DNA of 64,000 nt from a virus: IMG/VR virus record IMGVR_UViG_3300032304_000700, positions 1 through 64,000 of that record; one strand, written 5' to 3'. Below, one piece after another: positions 8,814-19,578 of the stretch (the first letter of the stretch is position 1; each line of letters starts with the position of its first letter). The translations under genes were made by a program, and so were the position numbers. The notes under the pieces were generated by a model that saw only the letters and a list, made by a program, of their open reading frames with translations, made no database searches and was not told where the DNA came from.

Positions 8814-11800
8814 TTAATAAGTTCCTCCGTCTATTACTGAAATTCTTGTTTCAATTGATGCACTAAATGTATTAAATCCAGTTGTTTGTGTAATATCAAT
8901 TTGTGATGAACCACTTACAACAGTTTCAGCGTTTAATTTAGTTTTAATAGTAGTATCAATCGAAGAAGTAAATAAATTTAAACTTCCAGTTGATGTTTCT
9001 AATAAACCTAATCTAGTATTTTGTGTAGTTTGAGACGATGCAAATGAAGAACTCAAAGATAATTGAGATGCTGCACTTGCAGAGAATGATGTTGCTACCG
9101 ATGAACTAAAGTTTCCAGTCACACTTGCCACACTTGCAGATAATGCAGTGATACTAGCGTTACTTGCTGAGAATGAAGTTGCGACAGATGAACTAAAGTC
9201 TCCAGTTACACTTGCTACACTTGCAGATAATGCAGTAATACTAGCGTTACTTCCACTAAATGAAGTTGCTATTGAACCACTAAATGTGTCAAATCCAGTC
9301 GTTGATGAAATTGTAATTTGAGACGAACCACTTACAACTGAATCACCAAATTGTCTTAATAATTTAGATTCATTACCTAATGTTCCACCTTTCCAATAAT
9401 CATTTGCAGAATCCCACAATAATGAACCAGATGCAGTTGAAGGTGCAGTTGGGTCTTTAACTAATAAACCACCATTTGCAGCTCCTGTACCATTTAATTC
9501 GATGATGTTATCACCAATTTGTACAGTTGTTGATGAAATTGATGTAGTAGTACCTTTAACCGTTAAGTCACCTTGTATTTCTACATTTTGTCCACTTAAA
9601 CTGATAGCCTGTTTGAATGAAGATGTAAAGTTGTTTAATTCTATTATTGAAACCTTAGCACTTCCACTTGCAGTTTCTAATTGTGATAATCTATCTAAAT
9701 TTGAACCACTAACTACATTCAATGCATTAATACTAATTTGTTGAGATGCAGATGAACTATTTAAAGCTGATATTGAAGTATTTACACTTGCAGATGTAGA
9801 TTCTAAATTAGATAATCTACCACTTGCAGATGATGTAAATGAATTAATATTTGTAATTGAAGTATTAACACTTGCAGATGTAGATTCTAAGTTTGTTAAT
9901 CTACCCAATGTAGAGCCACTAAATGTATTCAATGCATCTATACTAATTTGTTGTGATGCAGATGAAGTATTTAAAGCAGATACGGATGTGTTTACGCTTG
10001 CCGATGTACTTTCTAAGTTTGTTAATCTTCCCAAAGTTGAACCACTAACTACATTTAATGCATCTATACTAATTTGTTGAGATGCAGATGAAGTATTTAA
10101 TGCCGATACCGAAGTATTAACACTTGCACTAAATAATTCAATATTAGTTAATCTACCATCTTGTGTATCATTTGTAGATTTTGCTGCTGATGCAGATGCA
10201 ATCAATGAACCACTCACAACTCCAATTTCAGTAAACTTATCAATTGCTGATGCAGTAAATGCGTTTAATGCAGTTGTAGAAGTATTAGAAGATGTGTAAG
10301 AATTTAAAGCTGCAATTGAAATATCAACACTTGATGATTTAGATTCTAAATTATCCAATCTAAGTCCTTGCGAATCATTTGTTGTCTTAGCAGCTGATGC
10401 TGAAGCAATTAGTGAACCACTTACAACTCCAATTTCAGTCAATCTTGTTAATACAGATGAACTAAATGAATTGATATTTGTAATTGAAGTATTAACACTT
10501 GCAGAAGTTGTTTCTAAATTAGATAATCTACCTAAGTTTGAACCACTTACCGTATTTAAAGCGTCAATGCTAATTTGTTGAGAAGCAGAAGAACTATTTA
10601 AAGCCGATACCGATGTATTAACACTTGCAGACGTACTTTCTAAATTAGATAATCTAGTTAAAGACGAACCACTAAATATATTTAATGCATCGATACTAAT
10701 TTGTTGTGATGCAGATGAAGTATTTAACGCAGATACCGAAGTATTAACACTTGCAGAAGTATTTTCTAAGTTTGTTAATCTACCTAATGTAGAACCACTA
10801 AATGTATTTAAGTTATCTAATGATACTTGTTGAGATGCTGATGAACTATTTAATGCTGTTACTGAAGTATTTACACTTGCACTAAATGTGTTTAAATTTG
10901 TTATCGAAACCCCTTGTGAATCATTTGTTGTTTTTGCTGCAGATGCTGAAGCTATTAAACTTCCACTAACAACTCCAATCTCAATTAATTTTGTTTCAAC
11001 TGATGAACTAAATAATTCAATATTAGATAATCTACCTAATGTAGAAGAACTAAATGAGTTTAAGTTTGTAATTGAAACTCCAACACCACTACCTACATTT
11101 GCAGTGATTGATGCTAATGAAGCACTAACTGATTGAGAATATTCGGTTACATTTCCAATACCTGCAATTGAACCACTAAATCCTGCTGATGCACTTATTG
11201 GACCAGTTACATTTAATGAAGTTTCAATGAATACACCATTTACACCCTTAACAGTTACAGTTTGTAAACTATCATTAATCTCTACAAAGTTAGTATCGTC
11301 ACCTAAGAAGGTTTGTCCACCCGTTGCTTTAATATGAACATCTGTTACCGAAGTGTTATAAATTTCAAGCTTTCTTGCATCGTTAATATCAGGTTGTAAG
11401 AATATACTTCCAGTACCTATGATTGCGTTATTAACAATAATTGAACCACTAACACCTAAACCACCACCAATATTTATTTTAGAATTGTCTAATTGTGTAA
11501 TGATTGAGTCACCAAGATGGTCATCACCAACTGCAAGTGTGATTTTACCCGCAGTAAGTCCTAATTCGTTACCTATTGAACCAGAATTTGCAGGGCCAGA
11601 TATCAATCTTGCAGTGAAACCTGATTCTGCACCACCAGATGGATGTTGATAAATCCAATGATTATTTTGAGAATCCCATAATAATGAACCACTTGCACCT
11701 GCTCCACTACCACTATCCGATACCGATATTCCACCAAATCTAACTGCTGGTGTTGCGGTACTTAATTTAACTATATTAGTTCCGATTTCAACTACGGATG

Positions 11801-13067
11801 CAGATACATTAGCAAACGATGATGAACCATATACTACCAATGAACCTGTAATATAAACCGAACCGGTTATTACTTGTGTTCCGTCAAAATTGTTACCTCC
11901 AGCTAATTTTGCGTATGAACCACTATTACTATTTAAGTTTGCAATTGCGATTGCTGCAGCTGATGCTGAACTAATCAATGAACCACTTACAACTCCAATT
12001 TCAGTAAATCTTGTATTTGCTGAACTACTAAATGAATTTATGTTTGTAATTGAAGTATTTACACTTGCAGATGTAGTTTCTAAATTAGATAATCTACCAT
12101 CTTGTGTGTCGTTTGTAGTTTTTGCAGTTGATGCTGAACTAATCAAAGAACCTGTAATAGTTGCTAATGCACTATTTTGAGTCAATTGAGAAGAACTAAA
12201 TGAATTTAAAGATGAAACCGAAGTGTTTAAACTTGCAGTTGTTGTATTTAAATTAGAAATAGATGTATTTACACTTGCACTAAACGTCTCAATATTAGTT
12301 AATCTACCATCTTGTGTATCATTTGTAGATTTTGCAGTTGATGCAGAACTAATCAAAGAACCTGTAATAGTTGCTAAATCACTATTTTGAGTTAATTGAG
12401 AACCACTAAATGATTCTAATGAAGAAATTCTTTGACTTTGAGTTGTAAATGTTTGAGCAACTGAAGCACTGAAGTTTCCTGTTACTGATGCAACTGATGC
12501 AGATAAAGCAGTTTGAGAAGCTTGACTTGCACTAAATGAAGTTGCAACTGAAGAACTAAAGTCTCCGGTTACTGATGCAACTGAAGCAGATAAAGCAACT
12601 ATACTTGCATTACTTGCTGAGAATGAAGTTGCAACTGAAGAACTAAAATTACCAGTTACCGAAGCAACTGAAGCAGATAATGATGTTATACTTGCATTAC
12701 TTGCTGAGAAGGAAGTTACAACTGATGCACTGAAATTACTAATGTTACCCGTTAAATCTGGGATATCATTTTTGTCAGAACCAAGTAAGTATAAAGTTGA
12801 ACTACCACTTGCATAGTAAGGAACACCTTTAACTAACCCATTATAAGCAGAAGAACTAAATACATTTGGTGCATTTGTTCCTACTAAAAATCTATTTACT
12901 GCTTGTATTGAACCACTTTCTACGGCTGCAAACACCATACCAGAACCGTTGGTTGTGGTAAGGTTTGACGAACCTGATACTATTATTAATTCACCTTTTT
13001 GAAACGATGAGGTTGCTGCCGAAAGGGCTTCTAAACTACCACGTCTGTGTCTAATGATTTGTGCCAT
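8814..13067 (-). CDS. Large Ser-rich repetitive coiled-coil fibre protein
   Basis: 1417 aa with 14-aa and 29-aa repeats and two fibre modules (IG.NI..L...GG....D....SGSLLWDS). Ends IDGGTY. Confidence 0.8.
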   Translation of the reverse strand: MAQIIRHRRGSLEALSAATSSFQKGELIIVSGSSNLTTTNGSGMVFAAVESGSIQAVNRFLVGTNAPNVFSSSAYNGLVKGVPYYASGSSTLYLLGSDKNDIPDLTGNISNFSASVVTSFSASNASITSLSASVASVTGNFSSSVATSFSASNASIVALSASVASVTGDFSSSVATSFSASQASQTALSASVASVTGNFSASVAQTFTTQSQRISSLESFSGSQLTQNSDLATITGSLISSASTAKSTNDTQDGRLTNIETFSASVNTSISNLNTTTASLNTSVSSLNSFSSSQLTQNSALATITGSLISSASTAKTTNDTQDGRLSNLETTSASVNTSITNINSFSSSANTRFTEIGVVSGSLISSASAAAIAIANLNSNSGSYAKLAGGNNFDGTQVITGSVYITGSLVVYGSSSFANVSASVVEIGTNIVKLSTATPAVRFGGISVSDSGSGAGASGSLLWDSQNNHWIYQHPSGGAESGFTARLISGPANSGSIGNELGLTAGKITLAVGDDHLGDSIITQLDNSKINIGGGLGVSGSIIVNNAIIGTGSIFLQPDINDARKLEIYNTSVTDVHIKATGGQTFLGDDTNFVEINDSLQTVTVKGVNGVFIETSLNVTGPISASAGFSGSIAGIGNVTEYSQSVSASLASITANVGSGVGVSITNLNSFSSSTLGRLSNIELFSSSVETKLIEIGVVSGSLIASASAAKTTNDSQGVSITNLNTFSASVNTSVTALNSSSASQQVSLDNLNTFSGSTLGRLTNLENTSASVNTSVSALNTSSASQQISIDALNIFSGSSLTRLSNLESTSASVNTSVSALNSSSASQQISIDALNTVSGSNLGRLSNLETTSASVNTSITNINSFSSSVLTRLTEIGVVSGSLIASASAAKTTNDSQGLRLDNLESKSSSVDISIAALNSYTSSNTSTTALNAFTASAIDKFTEIGVVSGSLIASASAAKSTNDTQDGRLTNIELFSASVNTSVSALNTSSASQQISIDALNVVSGSTLGRLTNLESTSASVNTSVSALNTSSASQQISIDALNTFSGSTLGRLTNLESTSASVNTSITNINSFTSSASGRLSNLESTSASVNTSISALNSSSASQQISINALNVVSGSNLDRLSQLETASGSAKVSIIELNNFTSSFKQAISLSGQNVEIQGDLTVKGTTTSISSTTVQIGDNIIELNGTGAANGGLLVKDPTAPSTASGSLLWDSANDYWKGGTLGNESKLLRQFGDSVVSGSSQITISSTTGFDTFSGSIATSFSGSNASITALSASVASVTGDFSSSVATSFSASNASITALSASVASVTGNFSSSVATSFSASAASQLSLSSSFASSQTTQNTRLGLLETSTGSLNLFTSSIDTTIKTKLNAETVVSGSSQIDITQTTGFNTFSASIETRISVIDGGTY

Positions 13068-13104
13068 ATTTTTTTGTTATTCTCTTAATTAAGGTTATTC
13101 CTCA

Positions 13105-13112
13105 ATAAATAT
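13105..13112 (-). promoter_or_regulatory. ATATTTAT putative late-promoter motif
   Basis: Intergenic, 37 nt upstream of ATG 13067. Confidence 0.55.
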
Positions 13113-13185
13113 CTATTTTAAGTTAAAACATATTTAATTAATAGATTTATTTCGGTTATTTTTATATATTTTATTTTACTATGTG

Positions 13186-13566
13186 TTAAAACTCTCCTGC
13201 ATCCAAGTTTGAAGATGTAACATACAACTCCTGGTCTGTTGCAAAGGTATTGTCGATTGATTGTGTAAATTGAGTAAAATTTGATAAAATTATATCAATT
13301 ACTTGTTGTGAACTACTTATAACTCCACTTGGTAGATTTGTTTCCAAACTTCCTATTACCAATTGTAACCAACCATTTGAATTTCCAACATTTGCTGTAT
13401 CGGTTAGTACCCAAATTTGATTTGTATCTCTTTGATAAACTTGCAATCCCTCATATACATTAGCTGATGATAAAGCATAACGTGCCGACTGGTCTGCTAA
13501 ACTTATTCTAGCATCAACAGGCTCATTGTTCGTTATGTTAAACCCACCAGGTAATATAATTGCCAT
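13186..13566 (-). CDS. Small virion structural protein
   Basis: N-term F.I...EPVDAR...YEGLQVY is typical of phage fibre-associated proteins. Ends LDAGEF. Confidence 0.7.
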   Translation of the reverse strand: MAIILPGGFNITNNEPVDARISLADQSARYALSSANVYEGLQVYQRDTNQIWVLTDTANVGNSNGWLQLVIGSLETNLPSGVISSSQQVIDIILSNFTQFTQSIDNTFATDQELYVTSSNLDAGEF

Positions 13567-13581
13567 TTCTTATCGTTCTAT

Positions 13582-15270
13582 TTATGTTAATATATATGTT
13601 ATACTACTTCCTGCTCCACCTGCTTGTAGTGTATTTGATTTGTATACTTTGTATTGCCCAACTGTACTTAATGTAAATTGTCCTAATACTCCAAATCCAC
13701 TTGTAGTAATACTTGTTAAGTTTGCTCTCGCCGAATCAAATACTATATAATGGAATTTATCTCCTGTCCAAGTAATTGTTAGACTTTGGCCACTTGCAGT
13801 TGTTGTTCCTTTTACAATTGTTCCTATCGTTCCACCTAATGTAGTATCCCATGCACCAACATTTTCCAATTCTCCAGCAGTAAATGATGTTGCTGCACTT
13901 GCACCATGTCTTAAACTTCTAATTTTTGTATAAGTAGTAGTTGCAGTTGATGTAGTTGTAGTATCAGGAATATTATCACCCGTTGGAGATGCGTAGTTTG
14001 CAGTTGCAGTGATACTAATTGAAGTAGAACCCGTTGCAGAACCCGTTACTGAATATGGTGATGCCACATTCGTTGTTACACTTGTCAAATTCCAACCATT
14101 AGAAGGATTTGCCGAAGATGATATAAAAGAAATACTACCAGTTGCACCTTGTTCAATTTGATTTGAAGTAGTTCCTAATTGAATTGTTGTGGTTGGTGTT
14201 AATGTAGGTGAAGCAGGATTTGTTTTAGATACTGTTCCCGTTGTTGTAGTTGATGTTTTATATAAACTATTATCCAATGGAGAACTTGCCGTATATTCCA
14301 ATCTATATGTGTGAGAACCCGATGTTGTTGTACTATATGTTAAAGATGTTCCACTACCAACTTGTGTTAATAGGGTTGCTCCTTCGTATAATGATGCACT
14401 TACTAATGTATATCCTTGATTATTCCAAGTTCCATTAACTGAATATATATCTGTTACATTATTAAATCTATCCGTTGCAAATCCGGTTAAAGATGCTGCT
14501 ACTGATGTTGGTGCTAATGGTGTTCCAAAAATAAATTTCAATGTTCCGTTTACAAATGTCACTGCAACATCCGAACTATAATCTGCAACTTCTATTCCTG
14601 TTAGGTTTTGAACACTATTTGTTACATATTGTATAAACCCACTACTTGCACTCAAACTTGCCAATGAAGCCGATACTGATGAACTTAAACTTGTAATCGA
14701 TGCAGCACTTCCACTTAAAGTTGATGCTATTGATGTACTAATTGAAGATGATATTAAAGCTTGTGACGATGATAATGATGCACTAACAATTGCAACTTCT
14801 ATATCCGTTGCTATTACCGATAATGAACTACTCAATGATGCACTTACAATATCAACAATGGATTGGGAAATGGAAGAACTTAAAGTATTTAAACTTACAT
14901 TACTTGCACTAAATGATGTTGCTACCGATGCACTAAATGCACCAATGTTACCTGTTAAGTTAATTGGAGTATTGCCATCATTTCCTAACAAATATAAAGT
15001 TCCACTACCACTATCATAATAAGGAACTCCATTTACTAAACCACCATAAGTCGATGTTGGAAATTGATTTGGTGCCGAACTGCCAATTATAAATCTATTG
15101 GTAGCTTGAACCAAACCACTTTCAGTTGCTGCAAATACAATGGATGAACCATTTGAAGATGTAATATTAGATGAACCGGTTACAATTAAGATTTCTCCTT
15201 TTTTCAGAGAACCCGTAATATTGGATAATCTTTCTAAGGCACCCCTTTTATGTTGTATTAATTGAGCCAT
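13582..15270 (-). CDS. Ser/Thr-rich virion protein, N-terminally paralogous to 8814..13067, with Ig-like C-terminal half
   Basis: MAQLIQHKRGALERLS...KGEILIVTGSSNITSSNGS aligns with MAQIIRHRRGSLEALS...KGELIIVSGSSNLTTTNGS. Confidence 0.75.
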   Translation of the reverse strand: MAQLIQHKRGALERLSNITGSLKKGEILIVTGSSNITSSNGSSIVFAATESGLVQATNRFIIGSSAPNQFPTSTYGGLVNGVPYYDSGSGTLYLLGNDGNTPINLTGNIGAFSASVATSFSASNVSLNTLSSSISQSIVDIVSASLSSSLSVIATDIEVAIVSASLSSSQALISSSISTSIASTLSGSAASITSLSSSVSASLASLSASSGFIQYVTNSVQNLTGIEVADYSSDVAVTFVNGTLKFIFGTPLAPTSVAASLTGFATDRFNNVTDIYSVNGTWNNQGYTLVSASLYEGATLLTQVGSGTSLTYSTTTSGSHTYRLEYTASSPLDNSLYKTSTTTTGTVSKTNPASPTLTPTTTIQLGTTSNQIEQGATGSISFISSSANPSNGWNLTSVTTNVASPYSVTGSATGSTSISITATANYASPTGDNIPDTTTTSTATTTYTKIRSLRHGASAATSFTAGELENVGAWDTTLGGTIGTIVKGTTTASGQSLTITWTGDKFHYIVFDSARANLTSITTSGFGVLGQFTLSTVGQYKVYKSNTLQAGGAGSSITYILT

Positions 15271-15300
15271 CTATATTATTCTTAATTTACTTTATTATGT

Positions 15301-15308
15301 ATAAATAT
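15301..15308 (-). promoter_or_regulatory. ATATTTAT putative late-promoter motif
   Basis: Intergenic, 30 nt upstream of ATG 15270. Confidence 0.55.
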
Positions 15309-15317
15309 AACTTTTAA

Positions 15318-15791
15318 TTAAAACTCTCCCTGGTCAATAATGTTCGATGCAGTAAGATAAACTTCCAAGTCGGTTGCAAATGTATCTCCTAAAGATGCGG
15401 TGTATGAATGGAAAGATGCAGTTGTTGTATAAGATGTAGTTATAGTTCGTAAACTTGCACTTACCGATTGACTTAATGCAGTCACCGATAATGCACTTCC
15501 ACTTAATGTTGCAGCAATTGACGAACTTATTGATGAAGATATTAAAACTTGTGATGCCGATAACGAAGAACTTATAACTGCTACTTCTAAATCAGTTGCT
15601 ATATCATTATATCCAATTGTTCCAGTAATATAAATTTGAGATGAACCTGATACAACTCCATCAGGTAATATTCCAGCCACTTCACTCTGTACTATATTAA
15701 TTACAGATTGACTAAAGTCTTGTCCAACTTCTGCTGCTTGTTCTAATGATGAACCACTCTCTATTTGTTTTAATCTTATTAAACTTGCCAT
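15318..15791 (-). CDS. Small Ser-rich virion protein
   Basis: Shares the IATDLEVAVISSSLSASQ block with 13582..15270 and the DTFATD.E..DxGEF C-terminus with 13186..13566. Confidence 0.7.
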   Translation of the reverse strand: MASLIRLKQIESGSSLEQAAEVGQDFSQSVINIVQSEVAGILPDGVVSGSSQIYITGTIGYNDIATDLEVAVISSSLSASQVLISSSISSSIAATLSGSALSVTALSQSVSASLRTITTSYTTTASFHSYTASLGDTFATDLEVYLTASNIIDQGEF

Positions 15792-15796
15792 TACCT

Positions 15797-15804
15797 ATAA
15801 ATAT
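15797..15804 (-). promoter_or_regulatory. ATATTTAT putative late-promoter motif
   Basis: Occupies the 15-nt gap between two genes, 5 nt upstream of ATG 15791. Confidence 0.55.
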
Positions 15805-15806
15805 CT

Positions 15807-17588
15807 TTAAAATAATCTTTCTATTGAAATGAAGTTGTTGTTGTATGCACCACCAATTATCATAATAATTCTATATACTCTATTGTTTGTATTATCTCTT
15901 AAAATGTAGGTAGCGGTATCACCTTCACTAACAAAGTTATATGCAAACAAAGATGTACTAGCTGATGTTGTTAAACTTACAGATATAGCTGTACCATTAT
16001 TTCCACCCGTCATTACTTGGTATTGTGCAGATATATAACCGGAAATACTTCCAGCCACCGTTGCTAAACTTAATCCTCTATTACCACTTGTTGTAATAGT
16101 TGCTTTTAAATTATCCAATGTTACAAATGTTCCTGCATTTACAATTCCACTTGCTTTCCACATTAACTCACCTGCATTACCACCGGGTGTTTTACTTAAA
16201 TCAATATACACACCTCTTGCGTTTCCACCGGCTTCAAAAATTCTTAATCTATCTTGATAAATGTCCAGACTAACTACATTACCTGTTAGAGTTGTATTAG
16301 TTTGTGCGGTTGCAAGTTGTAGTTCACCACCTTCATCACCACCTGCACCACCTAATGTTACTTGTCCATTAAATCTATTTGTTCCGGTGAATGTATTATT
16401 TGTAGATGGTAAGTTTGTATTTGTGTTTAATTCTACTATTGTTAAAGTAGGGCCTGTTGATTCACCAAAGTCAAAAAGACCTGAAATACCACTAACAGTT
16501 CTCATACTATATGTATAAGTTCCGGCCGATGCGGTATCTATTACATTTACACAATATGGTACATTTAAGTTTGAACTATTTTCAACTTGAACAATATTTC
16601 CAATTGCAGTTTCATTTCTGTAAATTTGTAATCTAGTCCAAGATGTAACATTTACTGGGTTTGCATCACCGGTCACCATAATTTGGACAGGATTACCCGT
16701 TGTAGTAATACTTCCACTTATTATTGATACACCAAGCGTTGTGATACTTGTTCTTCTATTTCCTAATACTTGCACATAATTTATACTTCCCGTTATGATT
16801 GATGCTTCTAATGTATCTAATCTACTATCTACCGAAGAACTTAATGTGTTAAATGATGATGTAGTTACTAATGAACCACTATCAATTGTTTGTGACGAAC
16901 TTATAAATCCAAATGCAGTTATTTGTGCTGATGAACTTAATAAATTTGAAGGTAATGGTTGAACACTACCACTCAATGTATATCTTGTATCGTATGATGA
17001 TGTTAATTGAGATGAAGAACTTATTGCTCCACTTAAATTTCTCAAAAACGAACCCGTTTCACTTTCGGTAATCCAACTGCCACTTACACTTTCAATTGCG
17101 TTTAATCTATTTACTAATGATGATGTAGATTGTGAAGCAGTAAATGTATTTAAATTTAAAATAGATGTTACTAAACTTGCAGTTGAAATACTTGCAGTGA
17201 ATGTATTCAAAGAACTCAAATCCGTAGATTGTGAAACTATACCCGTTGGTTTATTTGCAATATTATCCCAAGTTGTTTGAGTAATACTTCCACTTACTAC
17301 ATATCTTTGGTCTAATGAACTTGTCAATTGTGATGAACCACTTATTGTACCATTTATAGCTGATGCAGTATAAGAATTAAAAGATGATGTAGATAATTTA
17401 CTATTTAATGAACTACTTAATGTATTAGTTACTAAGTCCGTTGCAAATGTACCATCCAATGAAGATGTTAAATTGTTTATAGAAATTTTATATGTCGTGC
17501 TACCTGAAATACCAAGTACAAATGTTGTGTCTAATGAAGCAACATTTAATGGAGGTAATTCTGATATTCTTTTTCTTGAGTTTGCCAT
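15807..17588 (-). CDS. Tail-fibre-like protein
   Basis: N-term KRISELP...TYKISINNL phage fibre motif. Shares SGSSQLTSS.D.RYV.SGSITQT.WDNIA.KP.GIVS with 5212..8109. Confidence 0.75.
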   Translation of the reverse strand: MANSRKRISELPPLNVASLDTTFVLGISGSTTYKISINNLTSSLDGTFATDLVTNTLSSSLNSKLSTSSFNSYTASAINGTISGSSQLTSSLDQRYVVSGSITQTTWDNIANKPTGIVSQSTDLSSLNTFTASISTASLVTSILNLNTFTASQSTSSLVNRLNAIESVSGSWITESETGSFLRNLSGAISSSSQLTSSYDTRYTLSGSVQPLPSNLLSSSAQITAFGFISSSQTIDSGSLVTTSSFNTLSSSVDSRLDTLEASIITGSINYVQVLGNRRTSITTLGVSIISGSITTTGNPVQIMVTGDANPVNVTSWTRLQIYRNETAIGNIVQVENSSNLNVPYCVNVIDTASAGTYTYSMRTVSGISGLFDFGESTGPTLTIVELNTNTNLPSTNNTFTGTNRFNGQVTLGGAGGDEGGELQLATAQTNTTLTGNVVSLDIYQDRLRIFEAGGNARGVYIDLSKTPGGNAGELMWKASGIVNAGTFVTLDNLKATITTSGNRGLSLATVAGSISGYISAQYQVMTGGNNGTAISVSLTTSASTSLFAYNFVSEGDTATYILRDNTNNRVYRIIMIIGGAYNNNFISIERLF

Positions 17589-17591
17589 TTA

Positions 17592-18143
17592 TTACATTAT
17601 TATATCTAAACCATCTTCGGTTATTATTATTGAATCATTTTCGGTTGCAATTGGAATTTCTAACAATTTACCTATAACATAAATATCATTTATTGTGACA
17701 GAATCAAAATCTATGTATTCATCATTTAAAGTTATAACCACATTATTTCCAACTTCTTTAATTGTATAATCTCCTGGTATATGTAAACCATACACCAACA
17801 CTTCAAAATTGTCAGATGATGCACCTTCAGTTCCATAATCTAAACTAACATCGTATATTGTCAATGTATTCTCAATATTATCAAATGCATCAATTTGTCT
17901 ACTAACATATCTCGCACTATGTTCTAATATCTCTTGATAAAAATTAGATATATTTGATTTGTTGTTTACTAATTTTATTGAGTTGGGGTTAGAACGAGTA
18001 TTTGAATTAAATTTATTTGTAGTTGGTAATTCTATATTTTGTAAACTTCCAGTTAAATCTAAATTGACAAGATTTTCCGTATTCACTCTTGGAGGAATAA
18101 CTCTATTTAATTTTCTATTATTTGAATTAAATTGTTTAAGCAT
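17592..18143 (-). CDS. Hypothetical virion protein
   Basis: In the structural operon. C-term IATENDSIIITEDGLDII motif is common in phage structural proteins. Confidence 0.65.
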   Translation of the reverse strand: MLKQFNSNNRKLNRVIPPRVNTENLVNLDLTGSLQNIELPTTNKFNSNTRSNPNSIKLVNNKSNISNFYQEILEHSARYVSRQIDAFDNIENTLTIYDVSLDYGTEGASSDNFEVLVYGLHIPGDYTIKEVGNNVVITLNDEYIDFDSVTINDIYVIGKLLEIPIATENDSIIITEDGLDIIM

Positions 18144-18465
18144 ATCTTTCTATGTCTCCTTTAATTTCAATAAAATCCTGACTATCCAAATTGTATTCAA
18201 AACTTTCTTTTATAAACTTTATCAATAACCCATTAGGGCCTTGTTCGGTTATATAATCTCTAGGACTTATATTTTGTGTATTTATAAAAATTCTTAATCT
18301 ATCTTGTTCCTTTCTATATTGAATTTCTCTTAATATATCAACAAATCTCCAACCTGTTGCTTCCCAAATAAAATAAGTTGAATCATTTAAATCTTTTGGA
18401 GTTAAAATTGCATTACCAGGTTTTCTAAACAATTTTTGAGTTATATCTAAAAGTGTTCGTTTCAT
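18136..18465 (-). CDS. Hypothetical virion protein
   Basis: Overlaps both neighbours. IFINTQ...DFIEIKG resembles the C-terminal domain of the adjacent gp15-like protein (VYINGV...DEITITGKF). Confidence 0.65.
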   Translation of the reverse strand: MKRTLLDITQKLFRKPGNAILTPKDLNDSTYFIWEATGWRFVDILREIQYRKEQDRLRIFINTQNISPRDYITEQGPNGLLIKFIKESFEYNLDSQDFIEIKGDIERYA

Positions 18466-19577
18466 TATACTAAATCTATAAATTTACCAGTTATTGTGAT
18501 TTCATCCTGTGAGTCTATTGAAAATCCAGGAAATAAATTTAATTGTAAAGTATTATTAGTATAAGATGTTACTGAAAAATGTGATGTTTGATAATATCTA
18601 ACACCATTTATATAAACTTTAATATCATAAGATTTTCCATCATATGTTAGGCCTGCAGTGATTACTGATTCTAATTGTGCAGGTGCAGGTATAAGTTTGA
18701 TATTGGTAAACGATACATTAGATGTTTCTGCACTTATTACTTTACTATTATTTAAAGATAAGAAATCAATCAAATCTTTATTGTCATAATATGGAGATGG
18801 TGTTGTCAATAATCCTTCTAATCTACCCGTACCACTTGTAATATCAACTTCGGTAGACATAACAACTCTTTTGGTAGAGAATGATTTTTTAATAGTATTT
18901 TCTCCATCAAACTTTTCAGGAAGTAAATATGCTTTAACTGCCAATGAAAATTCAATTCTATTTATTCTTTCAGTTCCTTCTCCTACTTCATTTATAACTT
19001 CAAAATCGGATAAAATTACTTTAAATTTAAACTTATCTTTGTCTCCCCAAAAACTTCCTGCAAATTGTAATTGTTCTATTACCTTATTCAAATGTTCGGT
19101 ATATGATGTCCAGGCCATACATTGATAACTAACCTCTACATATTGTGGCATTGTTATACTATACAATTCGTATTTAGGTTTTACACTTGTACCCATTAAA
19201 CTAAACCTGTCGTATCTATTGTCTTTTGAATATTTTGTTACTGCTGGATATGATACATGTCTATTTAACATAGGCATAGATTCGTCTTTCGTAATTGAGT
19301 TTCTACGAATCATCATCAATGGTAATTGTATTCTACCTTTATTATCTCTGAAAATACCATCTCTTTGTGCACCCTTCCATCTTTCCGAATTACCATATAT
19401 AACTGGAATCTTTAAAGCTTTACCATTATCGTCTAAAGTTGGTAATGCAGTATCTTCCAAATAAGACATCATTGCATAATCTATATCAAAAAGAGATACA
19501 CTTTGTTTCAAGTCTTGTTTTGTAACTTTAACTTGCTCTGCTCTATTTAGATTTTCTCTAAGTGGGTTTGTAGACAT
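18465..19577 (-). CDS. gp15: T4 gp15-like tail sheath stabiliser/tail completion protein with C-terminal extension
   Basis: KIPVIYGNSERWK...LPLMMIRRNSITKD...PQYVEVSYQ; synteny with the neck genes. Confidence 0.65.
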   Translation of the reverse strand: MSTNPLRENLNRAEQVKVTKQDLKQSVSLFDIDYAMMSYLEDTALPTLDDNGKALKIPVIYGNSERWKGAQRDGIFRDNKGRIQLPLMMIRRNSITKDESMPMLNRHVSYPAVTKYSKDNRYDRFSLMGTSVKPKYELYSITMPQYVEVSYQCMAWTSYTEHLNKVIEQLQFAGSFWGDKDKFKFKVILSDFEVINEVGEGTERINRIEFSLAVKAYLLPEKFDGENTIKKSFSTKRVVMSTEVDITSGTGRLEGLLTTPSPYYDNKDLIDFLSLNNSKVISAETSNVSFTNIKLIPAPAQLESVITAGLTYDGKSYDIKVYINGVRYYQTSHFSVTSYTNNTLQLNLFPGFSIDSQDEITITGKFIDLV

Positions 19578-19578
19578 A

